Shown here: in pieces, positions 20,349 through 28,869 of the stretch
Layout: each line of letters opens with the position of its first letter
Position numbering within the stretch: position 1 is the stretch's first letter
Assembly (NCBI GenBank): GCA_041750285.1
Contig: JBGSZS010000018.1
Span: forward strand, 231,745 to 295,744
Source: Candidatus Fermentibacteraceae bacterium
GTDB lineage: Bacteria > Fermentibacterota > Fermentibacteria > Fermentibacterales > JCC-6
Direction: 5' to 3'
Length of the DNA: 64,000 bases
The notes under the pieces: generated by a model
The model's input: the letters and a program-made list of their open reading frames with translations, nothing else
The model's database searches: none
What the model was told of the DNA's origin: nothing
Position numbers and translations under genes: made by a program

Positions 20349-21524
20349 CTACAGCATGATGACCCGGACGGTGGCGGAAAGGCGGCCGCACACTGCCCGT
20401 ACGAAGTACACACCCTTTGCCCTTCGCGATCCGTCCGCGCCTGCTCCGTTCCACAGGTAGACCGATTGCCCGGACAGGGGGGAGAGGACCGCCACGACCC
20501 TTCCCGAAAGGTCGTACACCGAAACGACGGACCCCTCCGCGAAGCACGGATCCAGTTCAAGGGTAACGACCGATCCGAAGGGGTTTGGAACAGCCGTGAT
20601 GCCACTGCCGGCCTGACCGTGGAGAACACCCGAGGGATCGACCCGGAGACCGATGCTGTGGAAGGCGCCGCCGGACACTGCGACAAACCCGGTGTTCGGT
20701 TCGGGAACCTGGCACTGGCCCCAGTTGTCGTAACCGAAAGCCTCGACCGAGCCGCCGCATCTCAGGGCGAGTGTGTGCTTGCCTCCGCAGTCCTGTGCCA
20801 GAAAACCCTGATTGGGTTCGGGAACCTGGCACTGACCCCAGTTGTCGTAACCCCATCCAACGATCGTTGAATCGGCCTTCAGCCCGACGCTGTGCAGTCC
20901 TCCGCCGGACATGGCGGCAAAACCACTGTTCGGGTGCGGCACGTTGCACTGGCCGTCGCCGTTGTCGCCCCACCCCAGGATGCTGCCGTCGGAACGAAGC
21001 GCCATGCTGTGGAAGTTGCCGGCAGCCACTCCGCAGAACCCCTGATTGGGTTCGGGCACGTTGCACTGGCCATGACTGTTCGAGCCCCAGGCGCAAACCG
21101 TTCCGTCCGACCTCAGGGCGAGGCAGTGACCACCTCCGGCGGCAATGGCTATGAACCCGCAGTTGGGCTCGGGGATTTCGCAGACGCCTGCACCCTCGTT
21201 GCCCCAGACTGAGATGCTGCCGTCGGAACGAAGCGCCATGCTGTGGAAGTTGCCTGCAGCGATCGCGACATACCCGGTATTGGGAAGCGGGACGAAGCAC
21301 TCTCCGAACCTGTTGTTTCCCCAGGCCGTTATCGAGCCATCCTCGCGAAGGGCAAGATTGTGAAACCCCCCTGCGGCAATGGCGACAAACCCCTGGTTGG
21401 GCTCAGGAACGGCGCACTGACCGTAAAAGTTGCAGCCCCAGGCCGTTATCGAGCCCGAAACGGGGTCCGCCATCCCCTCGTTCACAAGGAGGAACACGGC
21501 GATGCCCGCTGCCATCCTCGTCAT
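20349..21524 (-). CDS. RCC1-repeat (beta-propeller) protein with a C-terminal T9SS-type sorting domain
   Basis: Seven repeats of GWGxNxxGQCxVPEPNxGFxAIAAGxxHSxALRSDGS. The C-terminal ~80 aa (PNPFGSVV..VYDLSGRVV..GVYFVRA) resembles the Por secretion tail. Start is MTRMAAGIAVFLLV (signal peptide); the alternative is MMYT at 21578. Confidence 0.65.
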   Translation of the reverse strand: MTRMAAGIAVFLLVNEGMADPVSGSITAWGCNFYGQCAVPEPNQGFVAIAAGGFHNLALREDGSITAWGNNRFGECFVPLPNTGYVAIAAGNFHSMALRSDGSISVWGNEGAGVCEIPEPNCGFIAIAAGGGHCLALRSDGTVCAWGSNSHGQCNVPEPNQGFCGVAAGNFHSMALRSDGSILGWGDNGDGQCNVPHPNSGFAAMSGGGLHSVGLKADSTIVGWGYDNWGQCQVPEPNQGFLAQDCGGKHTLALRCGGSVEAFGYDNWGQCQVPEPNTGFVAVSGGAFHSIGLRVDPSGVLHGQAGSGITAVPNPFGSVVTLELDPCFAEGSVVSVYDLSGRVVAVLSPLSGQSVYLWNGAGADGSRRAKGVYFVRAVCGRLSATVRVIML

Positions 21525-21625
21525 CGTCACCGTCTTCACCTCCGCGGCAACCGAATAACAAGCCTTAGTGTACATCATCTCCGGCACAAAACAAGGGGGC
21601 TGTGGTCTTTTATCCGAAGAGGATG

Positions 21626-21654
21626 TTGACACCGGAAGTCCGTGGGCATATACA
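21626..21654 (+). promoter_or_regulatory. Sigma-70-like promoter for the 21700 gene
   Basis: TTGACA, a 17-nt spacer, TATACA, then a GGAAGGAG RBS before the ATG. Confidence 0.5.
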
Positions 21655-21699
21655 TAACTTGCCATTTCGGCACAGCTTGTTTTTTGGAAGGAGTGAGGG

Positions 21700-22533
21700 A
21701 TGAAAACTGTTTTTACTCTTCTCATGCTGGCGGGCATTGTTCTTGCAAATGCGGACATGGCTCCCACCATCGGTGTTGCGCCCCAGGGAGTCGACACATC
21801 GCTTGAGCAGATCGCCACGATCGATGTCGAAGCCCAGGCAGGGAACGTTTACAGCGTCGGCTGCGGTTTCGACGGCACCTACCTCTGGGTTACCAACGGG
21901 GCCATGCAGGGCGGCGGCACCAACGGCTTGTTCATCCTGTTCGAGGAGGACGGCACCTACTACGCCACCTACAACCAGAACGGCGGTTCGGGCTGGGGTC
22001 TCCGTGACCTCACCTGCGACGGCACCTACATGTACGGCAGCGTCACCACAGCCATCGAATACTACGACATCGGCACCCACCTCAAGGTCGGATCGTTCAT
22101 CGGCCCCCAGAACCCCAACAGGGCCCTTGCCTGGGACGGCACCTACTTCTACACCGGCAATTTCGGCAGCGAGGTCTACCGTCTCACCTGGAACGGCGTC
22201 AGCGGTTCCACAGCCACCAGCACGGTCTGGTCCACTGCGGCCACCAGCGTCTACGGCGCAGCGTGGGATGAGCTCAACAACTGCATGTGGGTTACCAGCG
22301 CCGATGCCTCGGGCACCGTGGCCGAGATCGACGCCTCCGGCGCCCTCGTTCAGAACCACATCCTGGTCTCGGGCGGCACCTACGGCGGCGCCTGCATGGG
22401 CACCGGCACCACCGACGTCACCAGCACGCTCTGGATTCTGAACCAGGGCACCCCCGACACCCTCCTGGGCTTCGAGGTCACTCCCACCGCCCTCACCCGC
22501 GACACATGGGGCGCCATCAAGGCAGTGTTCTAA
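21700..22533 (+). CDS. Secreted repeat protein (DGTY repeats), hypothetical
   Basis: Signal peptide MKTVFTLLMLAGIVLANA. Repeated DGTY(L/Y/M/F)... modules. A strong promoter and a downstream hairpin flank it. Confidence 0.6.
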   Translation: MKTVFTLLMLAGIVLANADMAPTIGVAPQGVDTSLEQIATIDVEAQAGNVYSVGCGFDGTYLWVTNGAMQGGGTNGLFILFEEDGTYYATYNQNGGSGWGLRDLTCDGTYMYGSVTTAIEYYDIGTHLKVGSFIGPQNPNRALAWDGTYFYTGNFGSEVYRLTWNGVSGSTATSTVWSTAATSVYGAAWDELNNCMWVTSADASGTVAEIDASGALVQNHILVSGGTYGGACMGTGTTDVTSTLWILNQGTPDTLLGFEVTPTALTRDTWGAIKAVF

Positions 22534-22558
22534 GAAGGCCCCGATCAGCTGAATTGGC

Positions 22559-22582
22559 GGAAGGCCCCTGCGGGGGCCTTCC
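22559..22582 (+). terminator. Stem-loop terminator candidate
   Basis: GGAAGGCCCC-tgcg-GGGGCCTTCC, a 10-bp perfect stem 25 nt after the stop. No strong U-tract follows. Confidence 0.4.
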
Positions 22583-22620
22583 TGCAGTTCGGGACGACTC
22601 CCGGAAAGGCAATTGTGACA

Positions 22621-24183
22621 ATGAAGATCACAGCACTGTTTTTCGTCCTCGTTCTTGCCCTTGCGGCATGCGGGAATCCCAGGGGTACGGACTGGGTTTT
22701 CAGGACCGCGAACGACACCGTGACCGTCCGTGAAGCCGGTGAGCTCTGGTCGGGACTCGGGCGTGAAGAAAGGGCGGCATTCACCAGCGGGGAGGACCCG
22801 GCCCGGGATTTCGTCCTGGCCCTTGCCCGCAGGTCGATGCTCAACCATGAGCTTGCGGAATCCGGGCTTCTCTCCGCTCCGAAAGTGCTGAGGTACGAAT
22901 TGGCGTGGCAGCGCTCCACACGGTTCATGGCCCTTGCAGACTCCCTTCCCGCCAGGATCCTGCGGGGCCTGGGGGAAGACGACATAGCCTTCTTCAGGGA
23001 GCACATGGGCACTACGGTCTGGTTCACGGACATGTCCACAGGAACACCGAGCGGCCCGCATCACCTTCCCGAGCTTCCCCGTGAACTTACGATCGCTCTC
23101 TCAACCGCGGCCCGGGGCGAGTCGGTCACGGCGGGGGGCGTCGTCTTCAGGCTGGATTCCCTCGAGGGAACAGACAGCACCCTCCTTTCGGAAGCATTGG
23201 CAGATACCGCCAACATAAGGAGGCTTGCGCTCGCCAGGCTGTCTTCCGCCGAGGCGCAGCGCACCATATCCTTGGCCGAGCAGCAGGCCCTTTCGGAGAC
23301 CACTGTCGACACGTCCCTGGTGCTCGCCTTTGCAGCGGCGGGGGGCGACATCGGGTCAGGCGCATTCGACCCCGGCCTTGTGATCCTTGACTCTCCAATC
23401 CTCAGCCTGACCGCGAATGACCTCTACTGGGAGATATCGTTCACCTCTCTCAGCACCCCCGTTTCCCCGGGCTCAACGAGCTGGCTTTTCCACTATCTGG
23501 GCAACCTGGTCAGGCTCTCGGCCGGTGCCGGGCTGTTTGCCGGCGAGTGGCCGGCGGAGAGCGAAGGAATCGCCCTTGCAGCGCATGATCTCGGGAGGCA
23601 GACGGCCCTCGAGGCCCTTTACGATGAGCAGGTCCGTTCCAGTGTTGTGGTAACCGATTCCATGCTGGAAGCCGAGTTCCAGGGGCTTGCGGAACCACTG
23701 CTCCACCCCGAGCAAAGGGTTCTCGAGATCGGCCGCGTGAGGGCGGAAAACCTGCCCGGTCTGCGGCTGGCGCTTCAGAACGGGGATCATGCAGCGGTGA
23801 GGAGCCTGCTGGAACCCTATTCGACGTGGCCCGGCTTCGACACCGGCTCACTTGTATCCGTCCCCGTCACAGCCGCACAGGTTCCGGAAGCCATGGGGGG
23901 GACAGTCTTCTCGGCCGACCCGTCAGACTCAGTCACCTGGTACGGTCCAATGGAGACCTCACACGGCTCCCTCATGGTCTACCGCACCGCTCGAACGCTT
24001 CCCCGCAGGCCAGCCACTTTCGGCGAGGCCAGGGAATGGCTCGGGATGAGTGTCAGATCACGGCTCGAGGAAGACCGGACCAGACAATGGATGGCTGAGC
24101 TGGAAACGGAGAACGGGCTCGAGCTGAATGAAGAACTGCTTCCCGGTCTGCCAGCGGACCCGGCCCTTTGGACGGAGCTTTGA
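22621..24183 (+). CDS. Hypothetical lipoprotein
   Basis: MKITALFFVLVLALAACG (lipobox). No recognised catalytic motif. Confidence 0.55.
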   Translation: MKITALFFVLVLALAACGNPRGTDWVFRTANDTVTVREAGELWSGLGREERAAFTSGEDPARDFVLALARRSMLNHELAESGLLSAPKVLRYELAWQRSTRFMALADSLPARILRGLGEDDIAFFREHMGTTVWFTDMSTGTPSGPHHLPELPRELTIALSTAARGESVTAGGVVFRLDSLEGTDSTLLSEALADTANIRRLALARLSSAEAQRTISLAEQQALSETTVDTSLVLAFAAAGGDIGSGAFDPGLVILDSPILSLTANDLYWEISFTSLSTPVSPGSTSWLFHYLGNLVRLSAGAGLFAGEWPAESEGIALAAHDLGRQTALEALYDEQVRSSVVVTDSMLEAEFQGLAEPLLHPEQRVLEIGRVRAENLPGLRLALQNGDHAAVRSLLEPYSTWPGFDTGSLVSVPVTAAQVPEAMGGTVFSADPSDSVTWYGPMETSHGSLMVYRTARTLPRRPATFGEAREWLGMSVRSRLEEDRTRQWMAELETENGLELNEELLPGLPADPALWTEL

Positions 24184-25949
24184 TCCCATCGGGGTTTGCG
24201 GCGTTCTTCCTTCCCTTCGTGCTGGCCCTTTTCATTGTGTTTCCGGGGCTGTACGACACGACCATGACCAGCAGGCTCGCGTTCTTCCCTCTTCTGGGAG
24301 CGCTCACTTTGCTTGCAGGCAGGGGCGGCATCGGTATCAGACACCTGATCGCCGGCGTCGCCCTGGCCCTGACGGCGTGCCTGGGGCTTCTCATTGCTCC
24401 CGAACCCATTACAGGCGTGCCTTACGCAGTCCGCTGGGTATCGTTCGGGCTCATGTTTGCCGGGTTCAGCGGAACTACCGCCAAATGGGGACCCGGCAAA
24501 CACCTCGACGGCCTTGTGGCCGCGGCGGCACTGGTTTCGGTCCTGATGACCATTCTCGGCCCCGATGCCGTCAGCGGCAACCCGAACCGCACCGGAATGC
24601 TGCTGTCCCTGGGAGCCGTGGCTGCCCTTTCCGACGGGAACCGCACAAGGGCACTTGTCAAGTGTGCGGTTATCATTCCAGGGCTACTAGTCTCCGCGTT
24701 CTACATCTCCTGGCTTGCCTTCCTGCTGGGGGCCGCAGTCCTGTTCATCCACAGGCGGTTCCCGGTGAACCCGGGCTGGCTTCTGCTCCTGATGATCCTG
24801 GGCCAGGTTCTTTTTACTTCCCTGCCTGTGGCTGCGCGACGGATCGGCCCCACGGTCGAACTCAGAACCCTCGTGTGGCGCACTTCGGCAACACTTGGCC
24901 TGAACTCCTTTCCCGCGGGAACCGGAACCGGGCAGGCCAGGCTCTCCGTCTACAGTGACGGGGGACCCGTCCTGCAGGAACTTGCGGGGACGGACAGACG
25001 GGTTGACTTCCTTCACTCCGAACCACTCACCCTCTTCACCGAATTCGGCGCCGTGGGGCTCAGCATGCTTGTGCTCATGTTGCTTTGGGTGTTCCGGTCA
25101 CGTTGGGACCCTCTTCAGGCGGCTCTCCTTTCCGCGTTCTGGCTTGTCTTCTCGACCGACCTTCCCCTGGCGACACCCCTTGGAGCCCTTCCCGCTGCAC
25201 TCGTCATCGGGGGCTGCCTCAAGCCCGGTCGAACCGTGCGGGTACCCATCCTCGTTCCCGCAGCTTTTGCCCTGGTTTCCATACCGTGGGCGTACACACT
25301 GATCAGGGGCTACGGGGCGATGAACCGCCCGGAAAACCCAGAAAGCGCTTCGGAGGCGTGCAGGTACATTCCCTTCGAGGAGAGGGCCTTCCTGAATGCC
25401 GGATGGGCATGGCTGCGCTCGGGTTCGGCACTGCAGGCCAGGGAATACTCTCAGAGGTTCATTGAACTCTACCCGCATTACCATGGCGGTTGGGAGCTCC
25501 AGGCCGGAGTGCTTGGTCGGCTGGACAGGCCTCAGGAGTCCGCTTCAGCCTGGAGACGGGCTTTCGTCCTGGCTCCGGAGAGATTGAATGACAGGCTCCT
25601 GTTCGCCCTCAACGGTATCCCGTATTCGGAGAACTCCGGTGACACGCTTGTCCTTCTGGGCAACCGCCTGGCCTGCGAGATCCCATGGCATACCGCCTTC
25701 CCCGCGATACCGGATGAGGGGCATGCCGACATAGCCCTGAGATATCTCGAGCTGGCCGGGAATCTGAGATCCGTTGAACCCGGGCTCTCGGGTGCGCTCT
25801 TCGCCAGGGCGGTTATCCTTATGGGGTACTACCCGGGACACGCATGGAGCCGGTTCCGAGAGGAAGCTTCGCGGTGCTACCCGCTCTTCAGGGAACTCGT
25901 GCCCGTGGATCAGCGGGAGAAGGTCGAAGACCTCACCGCAACACTGTGA
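24168..25949 (+). CDS. O-antigen ligase/polymerase family (Wzy_C) membrane protein with a C-terminal TPR domain
   Basis: About 10 TM segments with an LHSEPLTLFTEFGAVG motif typical of WaaL/Wzy_C, followed by TPR-like helical repeats. The start is uncertain (TTG at 24168 or 24180). Confidence 0.6.
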   Translation: MDGALIPSGFAAFFLPFVLALFIVFPGLYDTTMTSRLAFFPLLGALTLLAGRGGIGIRHLIAGVALALTACLGLLIAPEPITGVPYAVRWVSFGLMFAGFSGTTAKWGPGKHLDGLVAAAALVSVLMTILGPDAVSGNPNRTGMLLSLGAVAALSDGNRTRALVKCAVIIPGLLVSAFYISWLAFLLGAAVLFIHRRFPVNPGWLLLLMILGQVLFTSLPVAARRIGPTVELRTLVWRTSATLGLNSFPAGTGTGQARLSVYSDGGPVLQELAGTDRRVDFLHSEPLTLFTEFGAVGLSMLVLMLLWVFRSRWDPLQAALLSAFWLVFSTDLPLATPLGALPAALVIGGCLKPGRTVRVPILVPAAFALVSIPWAYTLIRGYGAMNRPENPESASEACRYIPFEERAFLNAGWAWLRSGSALQAREYSQRFIELYPHYHGGWELQAGVLGRLDRPQESASAWRRAFVLAPERLNDRLLFALNGIPYSENSGDTLVLLGNRLACEIPWHTAFPAIPDEGHADIALRYLELAGNLRSVEPGLSGALFARAVILMGYYPGHAWSRFREEASRCYPLFRELVPVDQREKVEDLTATL

Positions 25950-27399
25950 ACCTTCCAGTGACCGCATCTCCGCCGCTTTCCGCCCGCACCAGGTAGACAC
26001 CGGGGGTCAACCCCCGAAGCGTCAGGGTGGAGAGGCCATGGGCAACGCGCCTTCCCGAGATGTCGAATACCGATATGAGACCCGTTCCCGTGATGCTGAC
26101 GCTCCCCGGGCCGAAAACGGGATTGGGGCCGATGGATAGTGCCGGCACGGGTGCCGGGGTTCCCTCGACGCCAAGGAAGTGCATCGCCGGAACCAACGTG
26201 GGGTCACCGAGGATCGTCATGCCAAGGTGCCAGTACATCTCGGTCTGGGAGAATCCCCCCTCCTGAATGTACTCCCACCACTTGAACATCGCTGTTCCGA
26301 ACGTGTCACCCTGCCCCAGCGGGCCGTAGAACTGGTTGAACTGGAGCATCGCGCCGCTCTTCGTGCTGCCGACGGCAGCCAGCCCGGTCTGGGTGCCGAA
26401 AACGTAAACGCAGCCCATGCACCAGTTGCTGGTGAACCGGGCGTTCGAGCATGCGAAGAGATTGTAGAACCTGCTGGGGGGCTGATCGGTCCAGATGTGC
26501 CCGCTGGTGGTGGAGGGGCCCGGGCTCCACTGATGGACCGTGGGGCCGGAGTGGACAAAGGGGCTGATCCAGGTGTAACCCGCGGGAAGCCTGTTCTGCC
26601 TGTAGTCGGTACCGTTGGTGGAATCCACCTGGCTCACCAGCTCAACATCGGAGTACAGCAGTTTCATCGAGTTTTTGTAGCCCACGCCCCAGCCGCTCCA
26701 GTCATCGTCTACGTAACACAGGGCGTGGGGTTCCGGGTCGCCCTCGAGACGCCACTGGTGAAGCCTTGTCAGGTAGTCGTTCATGAGCTGGTACTGGTTG
26801 CCGTAGAGGATCACATGGGTGAGTATCCTTCCAACGTATATCTCGGGGAACAGGTCACCGGTCCAGCCGTCGTACACCCCGTCAGGTCCGGGAGTCCCGC
26901 CCGCCGGGTAGCCAGTCCAGTCGTCGGACCATTCGCCGTCTAGATCCCAGTAGAAGTAGTCCGTAGGAAAGGTCTCGTCCGAGCGCTCGTCCGCGTAGTC
27001 TTCGAGGGCTGCCCATGCCGACGGCACGTCCCCCACCAGGACGACTCCCTCGAGGCCCTCGGAGTGCAGGCCCGAAAGCCATGCGCGGATCTCTTCAGGG
27101 GTGCTCCAGGTGAGTTCCACCGCGGAAACCGTGATGCCTTGAGCCTGGATGTCCGCCATCCACTGGTCCAGAAGCCCCGGGGCAAGACTGTCTGCGACGC
27201 TTTCAGTGAGGACCACGAGGAACTGCGATCCCCTTGCTTCGCCGGAAACGGGTGTCACCTGAAGCGGGACAAACGGCGGTCTTGCCGAAAGGTATTCTTC
27301 CCGGGTGTCCGGAACGTAGCCGGGATCAAGGTTGCGGGTGATGGGAGTGTAGTCGTACACCCCCGATGAAAGAAGAACCATCGCAAGAATGAATGTCAT
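25933..27399 (-). CDS. Peptidase family C25 (gingipain-like) with a C-terminal T9SS-type sorting domain
   Basis: Catalytic regions are collinear with RgpB: VHSGP (His), NLFACSNARF (Cys, compare DVACVNGDF) and LGDPTL (compare FGDPSL). The C-terminus (IGPNPVFG...VFDISGRRV...GVYLVRA) resembles the Por secretion tail. N-terminal signal or TM. Confidence 0.7.
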   Translation of the reverse strand: MTFILAMVLLSSGVYDYTPITRNLDPGYVPDTREEYLSARPPFVPLQVTPVSGEARGSQFLVVLTESVADSLAPGLLDQWMADIQAQGITVSAVELTWSTPEEIRAWLSGLHSEGLEGVVLVGDVPSAWAALEDYADERSDETFPTDYFYWDLDGEWSDDWTGYPAGGTPGPDGVYDGWTGDLFPEIYVGRILTHVILYGNQYQLMNDYLTRLHQWRLEGDPEPHALCYVDDDWSGWGVGYKNSMKLLYSDVELVSQVDSTNGTDYRQNRLPAGYTWISPFVHSGPTVHQWSPGPSTTSGHIWTDQPPSRFYNLFACSNARFTSNWCMGCVYVFGTQTGLAAVGSTKSGAMLQFNQFYGPLGQGDTFGTAMFKWWEYIQEGGFSQTEMYWHLGMTILGDPTLVPAMHFLGVEGTPAPVPALSIGPNPVFGPGSVSITGTGLISVFDISGRRVAHGLSTLTLRGLTPGVYLVRAESGGDAVTGRFTVLR

Positions 27400-27429
27400 T
27401 TCCAGTCCTTTCCCGAAACCCTGCCCGTT

Positions 27430-28056
27430 CTAGTAGAAGTACGTTGCTATTCCCAGAAACCTTATTCCAAGGATCATCACGGGATACAACAACCGGGATA
27501 TGACACCCAGGAAGAGCAGCCCGAACACTATCATCATGCCGTAGCGCTCGAGGCGCATGTAGTTCCAGTAGAGCCTCCCGCCCAGGAAGTTCGCCACGAT
27601 CCTGCTGCCGTCGAGAGGAGGGATGGGTATCAGGTTGAAGGCCATGAGAATGACGTTCATCAGAGCGGTTGTGGCAAGCGCACTTGCAAGGAATGCCGGC
27701 ATTATCGAACCGCCGAACCTGAGAAGAAGGCTCATCGCAATGGCAAGGGCAAGGTTGGTGGCCGGACCCGCAAGGGCCACGAGCATCATTCCCTGTTTCC
27801 TGTTGCGAAAGTAGGCTGGATTGACCGGAACGGGCTTCGCCCAGGCAAAAAGGAACCTGCTGCCCATCAAAAGAAGAAAGAGCGGAAGAAGAATGGTTCC
27901 GAAGATGTCGATGTGAACCAGGGGATTGAATGAGAGCCTTCCCATACGCCATGCCGTCGGGTCGCCCAGTTTCCAGGCCACGAGTCCGTGGGATATCTCG
28001 TGGCAGACCACGCTGAAGAATATGAGGACCAGGACCAGTGGTGTTTCGAGAAGCAC
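27430..28056 (-). CDS. Site-2 protease family (M50) zinc metalloprotease
   Basis: HEISHG (HExxH) and NLIPIPPLDG motifs. The GTG start has AGGAGG 5 nt upstream and overlaps the yugP stop (TAGTG). Confidence 0.7.
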   Translation of the reverse strand: MLLETPLVLVLIFFSVVCHEISHGLVAWKLGDPTAWRMGRLSFNPLVHIDIFGTILLPLFLLLMGSRFLFAWAKPVPVNPAYFRNRKQGMMLVALAGPATNLALAIAMSLLLRFGGSIMPAFLASALATTALMNVILMAFNLIPIPPLDGSRIVANFLGGRLYWNYMRLERYGMMIVFGLLFLGVISRLLYPVMILGIRFLGIATYFY

Positions 28057-28745
28057 TAGCGCCTCCTGCCCGCCATGAGCAGCCACACGAGCTGACCAAG
28101 TGCTGCCAGGGCGCTTGCCACGTAGGTGAGCGACGCGGCCCGAAGCACGCTGCGGACGCCTCCGACCTCGGTCGGGGAGAAACCGTGCGTCTTCTCGAGC
28201 CATGACACGGCCCTTGCGCTGGCATTGAACTCCACGGGCAGCGTAAAGAGATGGAAGAGCAGCGCGACGGCATAGATCGCGGCGCCGATGTATATGAGGT
28301 TGGTCATCCTGAAGACGAACCCGCCGATAAGCAGGGGGAAGAGAAGCTGTGAACCCAGGTTGGCAACCGGAACGAGAGCGTTCCTGACCTTGAGGGGGGA
28401 GTAGCCCATGGCGTGCTGCACCGCATGCCCGGCCTCGTGGGCCGCTATCCCTATGGCCGCGACCGAGCTTCCGCCGTAGACGTCACGCGACAGCTTGAGA
28501 GTGGTGGACCGGGGATCGTAGTGATCACTCAGCGTGCCGCCGGTGACCTCAACCCCGACCTGGGCGAGGCCGTAGCCGTCGAGGATCGCCCTGGCCATCT
28601 GGGCGCCCGACATGCCACGGCTGTTGGGTACGCTGCTCCACCTGCGGTATGCGGCCTTCACGGCACCCGATGCGATCATCCCGAGCACCATTGCCACGAT
28701 TATCACAACCAGTCCGGGGTTCATGTCCATCATGTAGAAAAGCAT
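28056..28745 (-). CDS. YugP-family membrane zinc metallopeptidase
   Basis: HEAGHAVQH motif and a TM-rich profile, consistent with the Zn_peptidase_2 / YugP family. Confidence 0.7.
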   Translation of the reverse strand: MLFYMMDMNPGLVVIIVAMVLGMIASGAVKAAYRRWSSVPNSRGMSGAQMARAILDGYGLAQVGVEVTGGTLSDHYDPRSTTLKLSRDVYGGSSVAAIGIAAHEAGHAVQHAMGYSPLKVRNALVPVANLGSQLLFPLLIGGFVFRMTNLIYIGAAIYAVALLFHLFTLPVEFNASARAVSWLEKTHGFSPTEVGGVRSVLRAASLTYVASALAALGQLVWLLMAGRRR

Positions 28746-28778
28746 TTCACACCTCTGTTCCTTCCTCCTGCAGGAAGC

Positions 28779-28807
28779 ATATAAAGCAATTCCCTTTCCT
28801 TTGGCAA
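28779..28807 (-). promoter_or_regulatory. Sigma-70-like promoter for the yugP-M50 pair
   Basis: Minus-strand TTGCCA, 17-nt spacer, TTATAT, followed by a GGAGGAAGG RBS. Confidence 0.45.
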
Positions 28808-28869
28808 GTGCATGAAGGATAGGGCCTTATCCTGCAACAACATCCGGTCTGGGCCTTTTCGGCGCGCCA

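Noticed and set aside
22559-22582. Strong GC hairpin after the 21700 gene as a full intrinsic terminator
   Set aside because: The stem is excellent, but no U-tract follows. I keep it only as a low-confidence terminator or stabilising stem-loop.
21610-23064. 484-aa minus-strand ORF spanning the secreted repeat protein and lipoprotein genes
   Set aside because: The translation is low-complexity and Gly/Ala/Arg-rich with no domain. It lies antisense to two plus-strand genes that have signal peptides, an RBS and a promoter. It is a high-GC shadow frame.
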